Assembly (NCBI GenBank): GCA_049677525.1
Contig: JBAUCK010000290.1
Location: 1,023 to 65,022 of the forward strand
Reading direction: 5' to 3'
DNA from: Xanthobacteraceae bacterium
Lineage (GTDB): Bacteria; Pseudomonadota; Alphaproteobacteria; Rhizobiales; Xanthobacteraceae
DNA: 64,000 bases
The notes below the pieces were generated by a model, which did no database searches, had not been told where the DNA came from, and saw only the letters and a list, made by a program, of their open reading frames with translations. Both the position numbers and the translations under genes were made by a program. Of this stretch, positions 32,636 to 43,273 are shown one piece after another. Positions within the stretch are counted from its first letter, which is position 1. The number at the start of each line of letters is the position of its first letter.

Positions 32636-33832
32636 ATGCTGGTCATGGCTGACGACAGAAGCGAACGCATTCGGAAGCTGCTTGCGGATTTGGTCGGCAT
32701 CAACACGGTCAGCGACCGCTCCAATCTCGGGCTGATCGCCTATATCGAAAAATATCTCGCTTCGTTTGGCATCAGCGGCTCCCGGCTCATCGACGAGACC
32801 GGGCAGAAGGCCTCGCTATGGGTGACGATCGGCCCGGAACATACGCCAGGCATTGTGTTGTCAGGCCATACTGATGTGGTGCCGGTTGAGCGCCAGCCCT
32901 GGACCGGCGATCCCTTCACAATGATCGAGCGCGATGGCCGCTATTACGGCCGGGGCACCACCGATATGAAGGGCTTTGTCGCGGTGTGTCTCGCCATGGT
33001 GCCGGAGATCCGTGCCGCCGATCTGAAAATGCCGATCCACCTCGCTATTTCCTACGACGAGGAAGTCGGCTGCATCGGCGTGCGCCCGATGTTGCGCGAG
33101 ATCAGTGCGGCGCCGGTCAAGCCGCTCGGTTGTTTTGTCGGCGAGCCGACGCAGATGCAGATCATCATCGGTCACAAGGGCAAGCACGGCGTGCGCGCGA
33201 CGTTCCGCGGCAAGTCCTGCCACTCCTCGATCGCGCCCGACGGCGTCAATGCTGTCGAACACGCCGCCGAGCTGATCACCGAAGTGCGCCGCCGCGCGGA
33301 AAAATTGGCCAGGGAAGGCGCGCGCGATGACATGCACGACGTCGCGCATACGACTTTGCTGACGAGCATCGCGCAAGGAGGAACTGCTCTCAACATCGTG
33401 CCGGACGAATGTACGGTCGAGTTCGAGGCGCGCGGTCTCGGCATGGACGAGTCAAAAGAAGTGACTGATGCGATCGTCGCTTGGGCCAAGGCCGTGATCG
33501 AGCCGCAGATGCAAAAGGCTGATGCGAGCTGCGGGATCGATTTCGAGGAAATTCTCGAATACCCGGCGCTCGACATGAAATCCGATCATCCGCTGGTGGC
33601 GCTTGCCAAGCATTTAAGCGGCCGCAACAGCCACGGCAAAGTCAGTTTCGGCACTGAGGCGAGCCTGTTTGTGAGTATGGCCGGCGTTCCGACCGTCGTT
33701 GTTGGCCCCGGCTCGATCGAACAGGCCCACAAGCCGGACGAGTTCGTCGAAATATCCGAACTGACAAAATGCGCCGGCTTCATCGAGCGGCTGATCGCGC
33801 ATTGCGCGAGCAGCAACGGCTTGGCCGGCTGA
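32636..33832 (+). CDS. argE: acetylornithine deacetylase (M20 family)
   Basis: 398 aa. LSGHTDVVPV...GRGTTDMKGF...SYDEEVGC. This is an ArgE-type M20 pattern. Confidence 0.75.
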   Translation: MLVMADDRSERIRKLLADLVGINTVSDRSNLGLIAYIEKYLASFGISGSRLIDETGQKASLWVTIGPEHTPGIVLSGHTDVVPVERQPWTGDPFTMIERDGRYYGRGTTDMKGFVAVCLAMVPEIRAADLKMPIHLAISYDEEVGCIGVRPMLREISAAPVKPLGCFVGEPTQMQIIIGHKGKHGVRATFRGKSCHSSIAPDGVNAVEHAAELITEVRRRAEKLAREGARDDMHDVAHTTLLTSIAQGGTALNIVPDECTVEFEARGLGMDESKEVTDAIVAWAKAVIEPQMQKADASCGIDFEEILEYPALDMKSDHPLVALAKHLSGRNSHGKVSFGTEASLFVSMAGVPTVVVGPGSIEQAHKPDEFVEISELTKCAGFIERLIAHCASSNGLAG

Positions 33833-33835
33833 CAC

Positions 33836-35359
<1,524 letters not shown>

Positions 35360-35519
35360 CTGCTTTACCCTTCTTTATGGATGATAAGCCGTATTGCGAA
35401 TTGCGGCGCACCCGTCAAACCAAGGCGTTACGTCACACGCTGCATCTCTCTTAAGATTTTCGATGCAATGCAGTCAAATAAGGTAAAATTTTGATTCACA
35501 TTGAATCAGAAGCACTTCA

Positions 35520-36593
35520 ATGCTTTTAGACTTGCCGATGGGGCGGGCGGCATTTTTCTCACTTCTGGTTTTACTGGCGGCAGGCGCGCCGGCGAACGGC
35601 CGCCGCAATTCGTCGAGATCGCATTCGACAATTGCACCGAGCTGGAGCGCTGGAAAGAGCTCTACGACTTCGCCGCCGAGATGAACAAGGATGGCGACCG
35701 GCTGCATTTCACCTTCTTCGTCTCCGGCGTCAATTTCATCGCCGACGCCAATCGCAATCGCTACCAGGCGCCCGGACACCCGCGCGGTATCTCGAACATC
35801 GGCTTCGGCGGCACCGCCGACGAGGTGCGGCAGCGCGTCGAATACATGAACGCGGCTTATCTGAGCGGCCATGAGATCGGCTCGCACGCAGTCGGTCATT
35901 TCAGCGGCCGCGGCTGGTTCGCCGCCGATTGGACGCGGGAGCTGCATGCCTTCCGTGACATTCTCGCCAATGTCGGACCGAATAACGGGCTTGGCAGCGA
36001 CGTGAAATTCGTCTTTGCGGAGTCGCAGGTCACGGGATTCCGTGCTCCTTATCTCGACTTCAGCTCGGGGCTCTATACCGCGCTCAAAAGACACAGGCTT
36101 CCGTTACGACACGTCGAGCGACAGCGAACCCAATGCCTGGCCCGGCAAAGTCGATGGCCTGTGGCGTTTCAATCTGGCGGATATCGAGCTCTACCGCACC
36201 AAAAAGCGTCTGTTGCCGATGGACTATAATTTTTTTGTGGCACAGTCGCATGCCGTCGTGGTGCCGAACCGTCACGAATTCTTCGAGCAACAGATGCTCG
36301 ATACCTATCTCGATTATTTCAAAGCTAATTACACCGGCGATCGTGCCCCGCCCCATATTGGCCATCACTTCTTCGATTATCAGGATGGCGCGTATCGGGA
36401 GGCGCTCGAAGAATTTGCGCAAACCGTCTGCGGCCTGCCGGAAGTGCGCTGCACGACCTATTCAGCGCTCGCTGATTTTCTCGAACGGCAAGATCCGGCG
36501 GCGCTTGCCGCCTATCGCAACGGCGACTTCCCACACGCCGCCGATCCGTTCAGCGTGGCCGATAACTGGAAGCTGCGCGGCCGCTTGGAATAA
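35520..36593 (+). pseudogene. polysaccharide deacetylase (NodB-homology) family gene with two frame breaks
   Basis: The signal peptide MLLDLPMGRAAFFSLLVLLAAGAPANG (ATG at 35520) is in frame 1. The mature part PPQFVEIAFDNC...HEIGSHAVGHF...GFRAPYLDFSSGLYTALK is in frame 2. DTGFRYDTSSDSEPNAWPG...YSALADFL is in frame 3. The second break is in the A-run at 36086-36089. Confidence 0.7.
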
Positions 36594-36613
36594 GCCGCGC
36601 CGCGACGGGCTTC

Positions 36614-37555
36614 TCACGCCGCACTCACCTGTCCCGCCTCCCAGCCGAGCATGGCGCGCTTGCGCGTCAGCCCCCAGTGATAGCCCGTCAAGTCGCCGCC
36701 CTTGCCGATGACGCGGTGGCACGGCACGACGAAGGACACCGGGTTCTTGCCCACGGCAGCGCCGACGGCCCGCGCCGCCTTCGGCTTGCAGATCTTGGCG
36801 GCAAGATTCGAATAAGTGGTGGCGCGGCCCATGGGGATTTTTAGAAGCGCGTCCCAGACTCGCACCTCGAAGTCGGTGCCGATGAGCACCACGCGCAACG
36901 GCTCGCTCGGCTGCCAGCGTGCCGGATCGAAAATGCGCCGCGCGGTCGGTGCGGTGAAAGCCATATCCTCGATGTAATTGGCCTTGGCCCAACGCTGCTT
37001 CATGTCGGCCAGCGCCGCGCGTTCCTGCCCCGGATCGGCGAAGGCAAGCCCCGCAAGCCCGCGGTCGGTCGCCATGACCAGCGCATTGCCGAAAGTCGAG
37101 GGGTGGAAGCCATAGCGGATGATCAAGCCCTCGCCGCCCGACTTCCACTCGCCAGGCGACATGGCCTCGTGCGTAACGAACAAGTCGTGCAGCCGGCCGG
37201 GGCCGGACAGGCCGACCTCGTAAGTGGCGTCGAGCACGCTTGCGGAATCGCGCAGGAGGTGCCGCGCACCGTCGAGCGTCAGCGCCTGCAGGAAGGCTTT
37301 GGGCGTCAGCCCGGCCCAGCGCCGGAACAGGTGGTGCAGTTCGGTCGGCGTGACGCCGGCCGCCTCGGCAATGGCCTCGATTTCGGGCTGCTCGCGCCAA
37401 TGGCCGCGGATATGGCCGATGGCGCGGCGCACCACTTCGTAATCGGCGGCGGCTTCGGTAAGCGGCGGGTGGCTTTCAAGATCGGTCAAGCGGTCGGGCG
37501 ATAGCATGGAGGCCTCCATCATTTGCTCCCGATCTAGGGTGGGTGAGGCAGCCAA
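36614..37555 (-). CDS. AraC-type HTH domain fused to O6-alkylguanine-DNA methyltransferase (Ada/Ogt-like)
   Basis: 313 aa with the HTH region GVTPTELHHLFRRWAGLTPKAFLQ and the C-terminal active site VVPCHRVIG. Confidence 0.85.
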   Translation of the reverse strand: MAASPTLDREQMMEASMLSPDRLTDLESHPPLTEAAADYEVVRRAIGHIRGHWREQPEIEAIAEAAGVTPTELHHLFRRWAGLTPKAFLQALTLDGARHLLRDSASVLDATYEVGLSGPGRLHDLFVTHEAMSPGEWKSGGEGLIIRYGFHPSTFGNALVMATDRGLAGLAFADPGQERAALADMKQRWAKANYIEDMAFTAPTARRIFDPARWQPSEPLRVVLIGTDFEVRVWDALLKIPMGRATTYSNLAAKICKPKAARAVGAAVGKNPVSFVVPCHRVIGKGGDLTGYHWGLTRKRAMLGWEAGQVSAA

Positions 37556-37575
37556 ACCACCCGATTTCTGAGGGG

Positions 37576-38148
37576 CTATTCCAGCACGGTCCGCGTCGGC
37601 CCGCGCTTGGCTTCGCCCAAGGCCTTGGACAGCGCATGGGCGAAGCTCGCCTTTTCCGCCGGTCCGAGGAAGACGGCAATGGGGAGCCGCCGGCCATGCG
37701 ACACCAGGAACAGCCGTTCGATACCGAATTCCTCGTGCACGATGCGGTCAAGCTTCACCCAGAGCGGATTGAGCGTCCATTCCCGTACCCGGCCGCGATG
37801 GCTCACCTGGCGCACCGTCAGCTCGTTGGCGGTGACCGTCACCTCCTCGTAGGCACGCGCGGTACGGTAATTGGCGCGGAACGCCCAATAGACCAGGAGC
37901 ACGTCGAGGCCGAAAAAGCCGAAAATCGGCCAAGCGCCGAGCAAGACGAAGAACACGCCGGTGGTGAAACTGATCCCGCCGATACAGAGCATGAAGATCA
38001 GAAAACCGGTCGGACCGAGCGAACGGTGCGGCGTGAGCACGGCTGAGAAGATTTTGGCATCGACCGAACTGTCGGTGGCCGAACCGTCGGGATGGGGATG
38101 GCCGGCGGGATTGTCGCCGCTCAAGTTGTCGCTACTCATGGACCTCAT
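37576..38148 (-). CDS. DUF2244 domain-containing membrane protein
   Basis: FSAVLTPHRSLGPTGFLIFMLCIGGISF...WPIFGFFGLDVLLVYWAFRANYR...NPLWVKL. The start is at 38148 or 38139. Confidence 0.75.
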   Translation of the reverse strand: MRSMSSDNLSGDNPAGHPHPDGSATDSSVDAKIFSAVLTPHRSLGPTGFLIFMLCIGGISFTTGVFFVLLGAWPIFGFFGLDVLLVYWAFRANYRTARAYEEVTVTANELTVRQVSHRGRVREWTLNPLWVKLDRIVHEEFGIERLFLVSHGRRLPIAVFLGPAEKASFAHALSKALGEAKRGPTRTVLE

Positions 38149-38160
38149 TATACAAAAACA

Positions 38161-39006
38161 ATGGCGCGAAAAACCACCAGGCCAAAGAAATCCACTAAGC
38201 CAAAGTCCACCGCGAAGCGGAAATCGACCAAACAAAGCCTACGGGCCGCCCGCAAGGGCACAGCCGCGCGGCTAAAGCCCGCTAGGGCGCAAAAAAAGGC
38301 CGACGCTAAAGCCATGCATGGCGAAATGCCGCAATGGACTAAGGCCGAAGTTGAGGAAGCATTCCGGCGCCTTGCCGCCGCCAATCCCGAACCGCGCGGT
38401 GAACTCCAGCACATCAATCCGTTCACGCTTCTGGTCGCGGTCGTGCTTTCGGCGCAGGCGACGGATACCGGCGTCAATAAGGCGACGCCAGCTCTGTTCA
38501 ATCTCGCCGACACGCCGGAGAAGATGGTCCAGCTCGGCGAAGCGTGGGTGCGCGAGCTGATCAAGACCATCGGGCTTTATCGCACCAAGGCAAAGAACGT
38601 GATCGCGCTGTCGGAAATTCTCGTCGCGCAGCACGGCGGCAAGGTCCCGCACGATCGCGAGGCGCTGCAAGCGCTGCCGGGCGTCGGGCGCAAGACCGCC
38701 AACGTCGTGCTCAATATCGCCTTCGGCGAGCCGACCATCGCGGTCGATACGCACATTTTCCGCATCGGCAACCGCACCGGGCTCGCGCCCGGCAAGACGC
38801 CGCTCGATGTCGAAATGAAATTGCTGGACGTCGTGCCGGAAAAATATCGCCTGCATGCACACCATTGGCTCATTTTGCACGGCCGCTATGTGTGCGTGGC
38901 GCGCCGGCCGCTGTGCGAGAAATGCATCATAGCGGATCTGTGCAAATGGCCTGGGAAGACGACGAATTTCCCTGCCAGCTTACCTGCTGCCGCCGCAGAT
39001 AAATAA
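38161..39006 (+). CDS. nth: endonuclease III with a Lys-rich N-terminal extension
   Basis: NPFTLLVAVVLSAQATD...LPGVGRKTANVVL...CVARRPLCEKCIIADLC (HhH motif and 4Fe-4S cluster). MARKTTRPKKSTKPKSTAKRKSTKQ precedes the core, and an alternative start lies at 38314. Confidence 0.88.
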   Translation: MARKTTRPKKSTKPKSTAKRKSTKQSLRAARKGTAARLKPARAQKKADAKAMHGEMPQWTKAEVEEAFRRLAAANPEPRGELQHINPFTLLVAVVLSAQATDTGVNKATPALFNLADTPEKMVQLGEAWVRELIKTIGLYRTKAKNVIALSEILVAQHGGKVPHDREALQALPGVGRKTANVVLNIAFGEPTIAVDTHIFRIGNRTGLAPGKTPLDVEMKLLDVVPEKYRLHAHHWLILHGRYVCVARRPLCEKCIIADLCKWPGKTTNFPASLPAAAADK

Positions 39007-39594
39007 TCAGCGCAACGCCGGCATTGGCGATAACGAGCGTTGCCGGAAACACGCAGGTCGCGACCGAAATGCTGTCGAGCGCAAAGAACGACGGCACGAA
39101 TTTCAAACCGTTGAGCACGAAAATGCTGACGCTGTCGCTGTGCGGGCGGAGCAACCGTCGGCCCGAAACCGAGCACATTGACGAAGGCCGCGAGCATCGA
39201 CGAAATCGTGGGCGCGTGGCGGATCAAGAGATCGCGCGGCGTTCGGCCGACGACATCGCCGATCAGGCCCGGGTTCCGCGACCACAGGTAAAACGCGAAC
39301 ACGACAATGGCCGCGCCGAGGAACGCCCATTCGTACCAGGGAAGTGTCCGTTCGCCGCGCCAGAAGCTCATCACGCAGAGCATCAGGCAAACGAGCGTCG
39401 TGATCGCCATCACCCAGCTTCCCGGCCCCGCTTTTTGGTCAAGCTGGACCAGATAGCCGGTTCCGGTGAGTACGCCGAAAATCAGCCATGACAGCGGATG
39501 CGGCCGCGCGTCACCGCGCAAGGTCTTCCAGACATAGATGCCATAGGCGGCAAATCGCGATGAGCACGGCCAGCGTGCCCATCACGTCCTTCAT
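38927..39594 (-). pseudogene. multi-pass membrane protein of unknown family with two frame breaks
   Basis: MKDVMGTLAVLIAI is in frame 1. AAYGIYVWKTLRGDARPHPLSWLIFGVLTGTGYLVQ...FVNVLGFGPTV is in frame 2. HSDSVSIFVLNGLKFVPSFFALDSISVATCVFPATLVIANAGVALIIYLRRQQ is in frame 3. The first break is in a T-run near 39550 and the second near 39160. The end coordinate is approximate. Confidence 0.6.
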
Positions 39595-40084
39595 CGAAAC
39601 CGCAAGGCCCACGATGCCGCCCCCAAAAGAACCCATTTGCCGTTGGACAAATTATTTTATCCACCGCCGCATCGCAGTGCGAAATAAAGAAGGTTTCGTC
39701 AAATGCGCTCGCCTTTGGATCGATCGCGGGCAGCCGATCCACTTAGTTATCCCCAAAGCCGGCGTGCCATAATGCGCGACGGCTTTTTCTTGCAGTTTGA
39801 GATCGCAGCGGTATCCTCAATGTCAGATCGGTCGCGTTTGGTTCTGCCGGATGTGACGATCCCCAAGGTCAGGTCAGCCTGGGTGTGTAGCCGCTACCAG
39901 CGCCGCGCCACGTGGCAGATTTGATCCTGGTTCCAAGCCGCGGGTAGCAGCGCTAGGAACGTGACGGGCGGGCGCAAGCTCGCCCGTCATGATTCTGGGG
40001 TCCGGCTTCATTCCGAGGGTTGGGTCTGCGCGATTTTGCGTCCGGTTGACCGTCGCCGGGCTTCTCGGCGATATCAATTCCGGT

Positions 40085-40522
40085 ATGGAAGCCTCGACCA
40101 ATTTCATCAGCCGCCGCCAATTCACCGTCGCCTGGGGTCATTGCGATCCCGCCGGCATCGTCTTCAACGCTCGTTTTTTCGAGTATTTCGACGGCGGCAC
40201 CTGGATGATGTTCGAGCATGTGCTCGGCGTAAAACCGCAGGACTGGCCGTCGGTCTATGGTGTCTTTGGCATTCCCTTGGTCGATGCCGGCGCCCGCTTC
40301 ATCGCGCCGGCACGCTTTGGCGACGTCGTGGGACTGACGTCGCAGGTCACTGCGTTTCGCCGCTCGAGCTTCGACGTCGAGCATAAGCTCACGGTGCACG
40401 GCGCTCTCGCAGTGGAAGGCCGCGAAAGCCGCGTCTGGGCCGCTTATCGTCCGGACGACCCCAGCAAAATCATGGCGAAGCCTTTGCCATCGGAGGTCAT
40501 TGCGCGCTTTCGGGCGCCGTGA
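40085..40522 (+). CDS. acyl-CoA thioesterase (4HBT / YbgC-like hotdog fold)
   Basis: MEASTNFISRRQFTVAWGHCDPAGIVFNARFFEYFD. About 145 aa. Confidence 0.75.
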   Translation: MEASTNFISRRQFTVAWGHCDPAGIVFNARFFEYFDGGTWMMFEHVLGVKPQDWPSVYGVFGIPLVDAGARFIAPARFGDVVGLTSQVTAFRRSSFDVEHKLTVHGALAVEGRESRVWAAYRPDDPSKIMAKPLPSEVIARFRAP

Positions 40523-40592
40523 TGGCGTCTTGCCAGATGCCCTGATTTGGAGGAATCATGGCGCAAATAAATAGAATTCGGAGGAACCGCCG

Positions 40593-41480
40593 ATGGAGGC
40601 CATCCAGGTCGGTCCGGGCTTTGCCGCCGAGATGCGCGGCGTAACGCTTGCGGACATTATCAACGATGACGACGCTTACAAAGCCATACGTGCGGCGTTC
40701 GAACAGCACTCGGTTCTGGTCTTTCGCGATCAGGACGTCAGCGACGACAGCCAGCTTGCCTTCTCACGCCGGTTCGGCCCGCCGGAAGTCACCAAAGTCG
40801 GCTCGCTCGGCACCGGCACCCATTTGGTCATTCTCACCACGATCGACAAGGACGGCAAAGTGGTGCCGCCCGATCACCGCTATGCGATGCGCAACAAGGC
40901 CAATCAGCTCTGGCATACCGACAGCTCGTTCAAGCCGACGCCCGCGCTGACGTCGATCCTGTCGGCGCGCATCATTCCGGCGAAAGGCGGCGAGACCGAA
41001 TATGTCTCGACGCGGCTCGCCTTCGATCGGCTCGATTCGGAACGGCAAGAGAAACTGGAAAATTCCTTCGCCTGGCATCATTACGGGCATTCGCGCAGCA
41101 AGATCGCAGCCGGGCTCGCCACGACCGACGAGCTCGCGGCGCTGCCGCCGCAATGCTGGCGCATGGTGTGGAAGAATCCGGTTAACGGCAAAAACGCGCT
41201 CTATCTCGCTTCGCACGCTTACGCCGTCGAAGGCATGGATCCGACAGAAGGCGAGAAACTGATCGACGAATTGACAACGCAAACGACCGCGCTCGGCACC
41301 CGCTACACCCACGCTTGGCGGGCCGGTGACGTGGTGATGTGGGACAATCGCGCCACCATGCATCGCGGCCGGCCGTGGCCGGCGCATGAAGCCCGCCACA
41401 TGGTGCGTGCGACCATCCAGGCAACGGTTGCCGACGGGCTTGAATCGATGCGGCCGCAGCACCAGGTGGCGGCCGAGTAA
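40593..41480 (+). CDS. TauD/TfdA family Fe(II)/2-oxoglutarate dioxygenase
   Basis: 295 aa. LWHTDSSFKPTPA...GGETEYVS...WDNRATMHRGRPW. Confidence 0.85.
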   Translation: MEAIQVGPGFAAEMRGVTLADIINDDDAYKAIRAAFEQHSVLVFRDQDVSDDSQLAFSRRFGPPEVTKVGSLGTGTHLVILTTIDKDGKVVPPDHRYAMRNKANQLWHTDSSFKPTPALTSILSARIIPAKGGETEYVSTRLAFDRLDSERQEKLENSFAWHHYGHSRSKIAAGLATTDELAALPPQCWRMVWKNPVNGKNALYLASHAYAVEGMDPTEGEKLIDELTTQTTALGTRYTHAWRAGDVVMWDNRATMHRGRPWPAHEARHMVRATIQATVADGLESMRPQHQVAAE

Positions 41481-41497
41481 CAGCGGCAAAGCACGGC

Positions 41498-41803
41498 TCA
41501 TAAAATCTGCCGCAAGAAGGAACGCTGTTCCGCAAGGATGAAGCGCTCCTTCTGAGCGAATTCGAAATTCGCCGCGCCTTCGGTGTCGCGCAACAGCCGC
41601 GCACGGTATTCCTCATAGGCCGCGAGGCTTGCGAACGAGACCAGGCCATAGGCGATGTTGTTTGTTCCCTCATGCGGTATCCAATAACCGACGACCTCGC
41701 CGCCGCATTTCTGGATGATGTCGAGCCAGCGCCGTGCATAAGCCTCGAAGCCGTCGCGTTGGAAGGGATCGAGCTGATGGCGGATGAAAACAGTGATGGT
41801 CAC
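41498..41803 (-). CDS. NIPSNAP family protein
   Basis: 101 aa. ARRWLDIIQKCGGEVVGYWIPHEGTNNIAYGLVSFASLAAYEEYRARL. Confidence 0.7.
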   Translation of the reverse strand: MTITVFIRHQLDPFQRDGFEAYARRWLDIIQKCGGEVVGYWIPHEGTNNIAYGLVSFASLAAYEEYRARLLRDTEGAANFEFAQKERFILAEQRSFLRQIL

Positions 41804-41877
41804 CGAACGTCTCGCTCTTAAATGAGAGCAGCATTCTAACGGCCGGTGTCGCCCGATGCTTCGGCGGCGGCCGTACG

Positions 41878-41926
41878 GAGCATGATCCGGAAAAGTGGAA
41901 ACCGATTTTCCGATAAGATCATGCTC
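41878..41926. repeat. palindromic intergenic repeat, copy 4
   Basis: GAGCATGATCCGGAAAAGTGGAAACCGATTTTCCGATAAGATCATGCTC. It lies just downstream of the stop of the SAF-domain gene. Confidence 0.85.
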
Positions 41927-41929
41927 AAT

Positions 41930-43271
41930 CTAGGTGTGAATGAGGGCTATTCCGCCGCCATCTCCGGCCTGGCGCGCCTCCTGCTCCATGTCGCGGCGGA
42001 TGCGCACCGCCTGCACTGTGCCATCGAGCGCCACATCGGCGGCGCAGACGATTTCGCCCCCGGCGATATCGCGGAGAACTTTGACGTGATGCGCAAGCCC
42101 GATCGGCAGCGCGTTACGTTCGAGGCTTCTCGTTGCCGGGATGAGCTTGGCATAAACGGTGTAGCCGCCTTCGCCGTCGAGCGTCTCGCCGGCTTTCAGC
42201 GCGCGCTTGGCCACAGCCACCGCGTCGCCGCGCCAGGCTCGGCAGCTTCCGGTCGGCTCGCCGCGCAGCGCGACATTGAGCACCGAGATCGAAAGCTCGA
42301 GCCCGATCAGGTGAAACGGCTTGTACATCGCAGCGTAACGGCCGGTGGAATCGGTCGGCAGGCCGTATTGCTTGAAGCAGGCCGCGGCGTAGTCATTTTG
42401 CGCTTTCAGCACCACATAGACGCCCCAGCGCGGATCGCGCGCGACCGGTGAGCCATCGCGCGCGAGCGATGACACGACTTCCACCATACCGTCGCCGTCG
42501 AGCACGCCGCCGAGCGCTTTCGGCCGCAATACGTGCGCGAGCTCGTCGGCACCGCAAGGCGGGAAATACAAACCGTTCCGCGGCACGTCGAGCGCGCAGG
42601 CATTCGCCACCGCTGCCATCTCGATTGCGGACTTGGTGCCGTCGAGAAACGAATTAAACATCTGCGAATTCATGCCGGGCTGCCTTGGCCTCGGTGGCGG
42701 TGAACCCATAGTGCCGCCACACCCCGTCCGGCGTGACGGCGTGATAGGCCGGCAGGTATTTCGTGCCCTTGCCGGCGGCCGCGATCTGGAATCCCGCGGA
42801 GCGCGCCCAATCGACCATTTCGGCAATCAGCGCCGGCTGGTCGCCATAGGCCATCGAATAGATCACGCCCGCCGCACGCGCTTTGCGCGCGAGCAAGGCG
42901 CCCGCCAGCGCATCGGCCTCGACATTGACCATGACGATATGCTTGCCGGCGATGGCTTCCAGCGCGTGCGCGATGCCGGCGCCGGGATCGCCGGTCGCCT
43001 CGATCACCACCTCGACCCGCTCGTCGCCGATCGCCTCGCTGCCGCGATCGACGAAGCGCGTGCGCGCAATGCGGGACGCGTCCCAGCCCACGGTGCGGCA
43101 GGCCGTTTTGGCGCGCTCGAGGTCGCGGTCGGCGATCACCGCGACTTCGAGGCCGCTGATGGACGGCACTTGTGCCAGAAACATCGAGCCGAATTTTCCG
43201 GCGCCGATCAGTCCGACGCGCACCGGTTTATTGGCGTCGACGCGCGCGGCGAGGAGAGTCTGGAGGTTCAT
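41930..43271 (-). pseudogene. NAD(P)-dependent oxidoreductase (homoserine-dehydrogenase-like N-terminus, SAF-domain C-terminus), frame-shifted
   Basis: Track ORF 42654..43271 (VRVGLIGAGKFGSMF...YGFTATEAKAA) and ORF 41930..42826 (GMNSQMFNSFLDGTKSAIEMAAVANA...) are contiguous halves of one gene. They are separated by one extra nucleotide in the run at 42677-42679. The total is 1342 nt. Confidence 0.75.
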
Positions 43272-43273
43272 CG

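Noticed and set aside
36083-36092. Programmed +1/-1 ribosomal frameshift at the A-run in the deacetylase gene
   Set aside because: The gene has a second independent frame break near its signal peptide. There is no slippery heptamer or downstream structure, and many neighbouring accessory genes carry similar lesions. A mutation or sequencing error is the simpler explanation.
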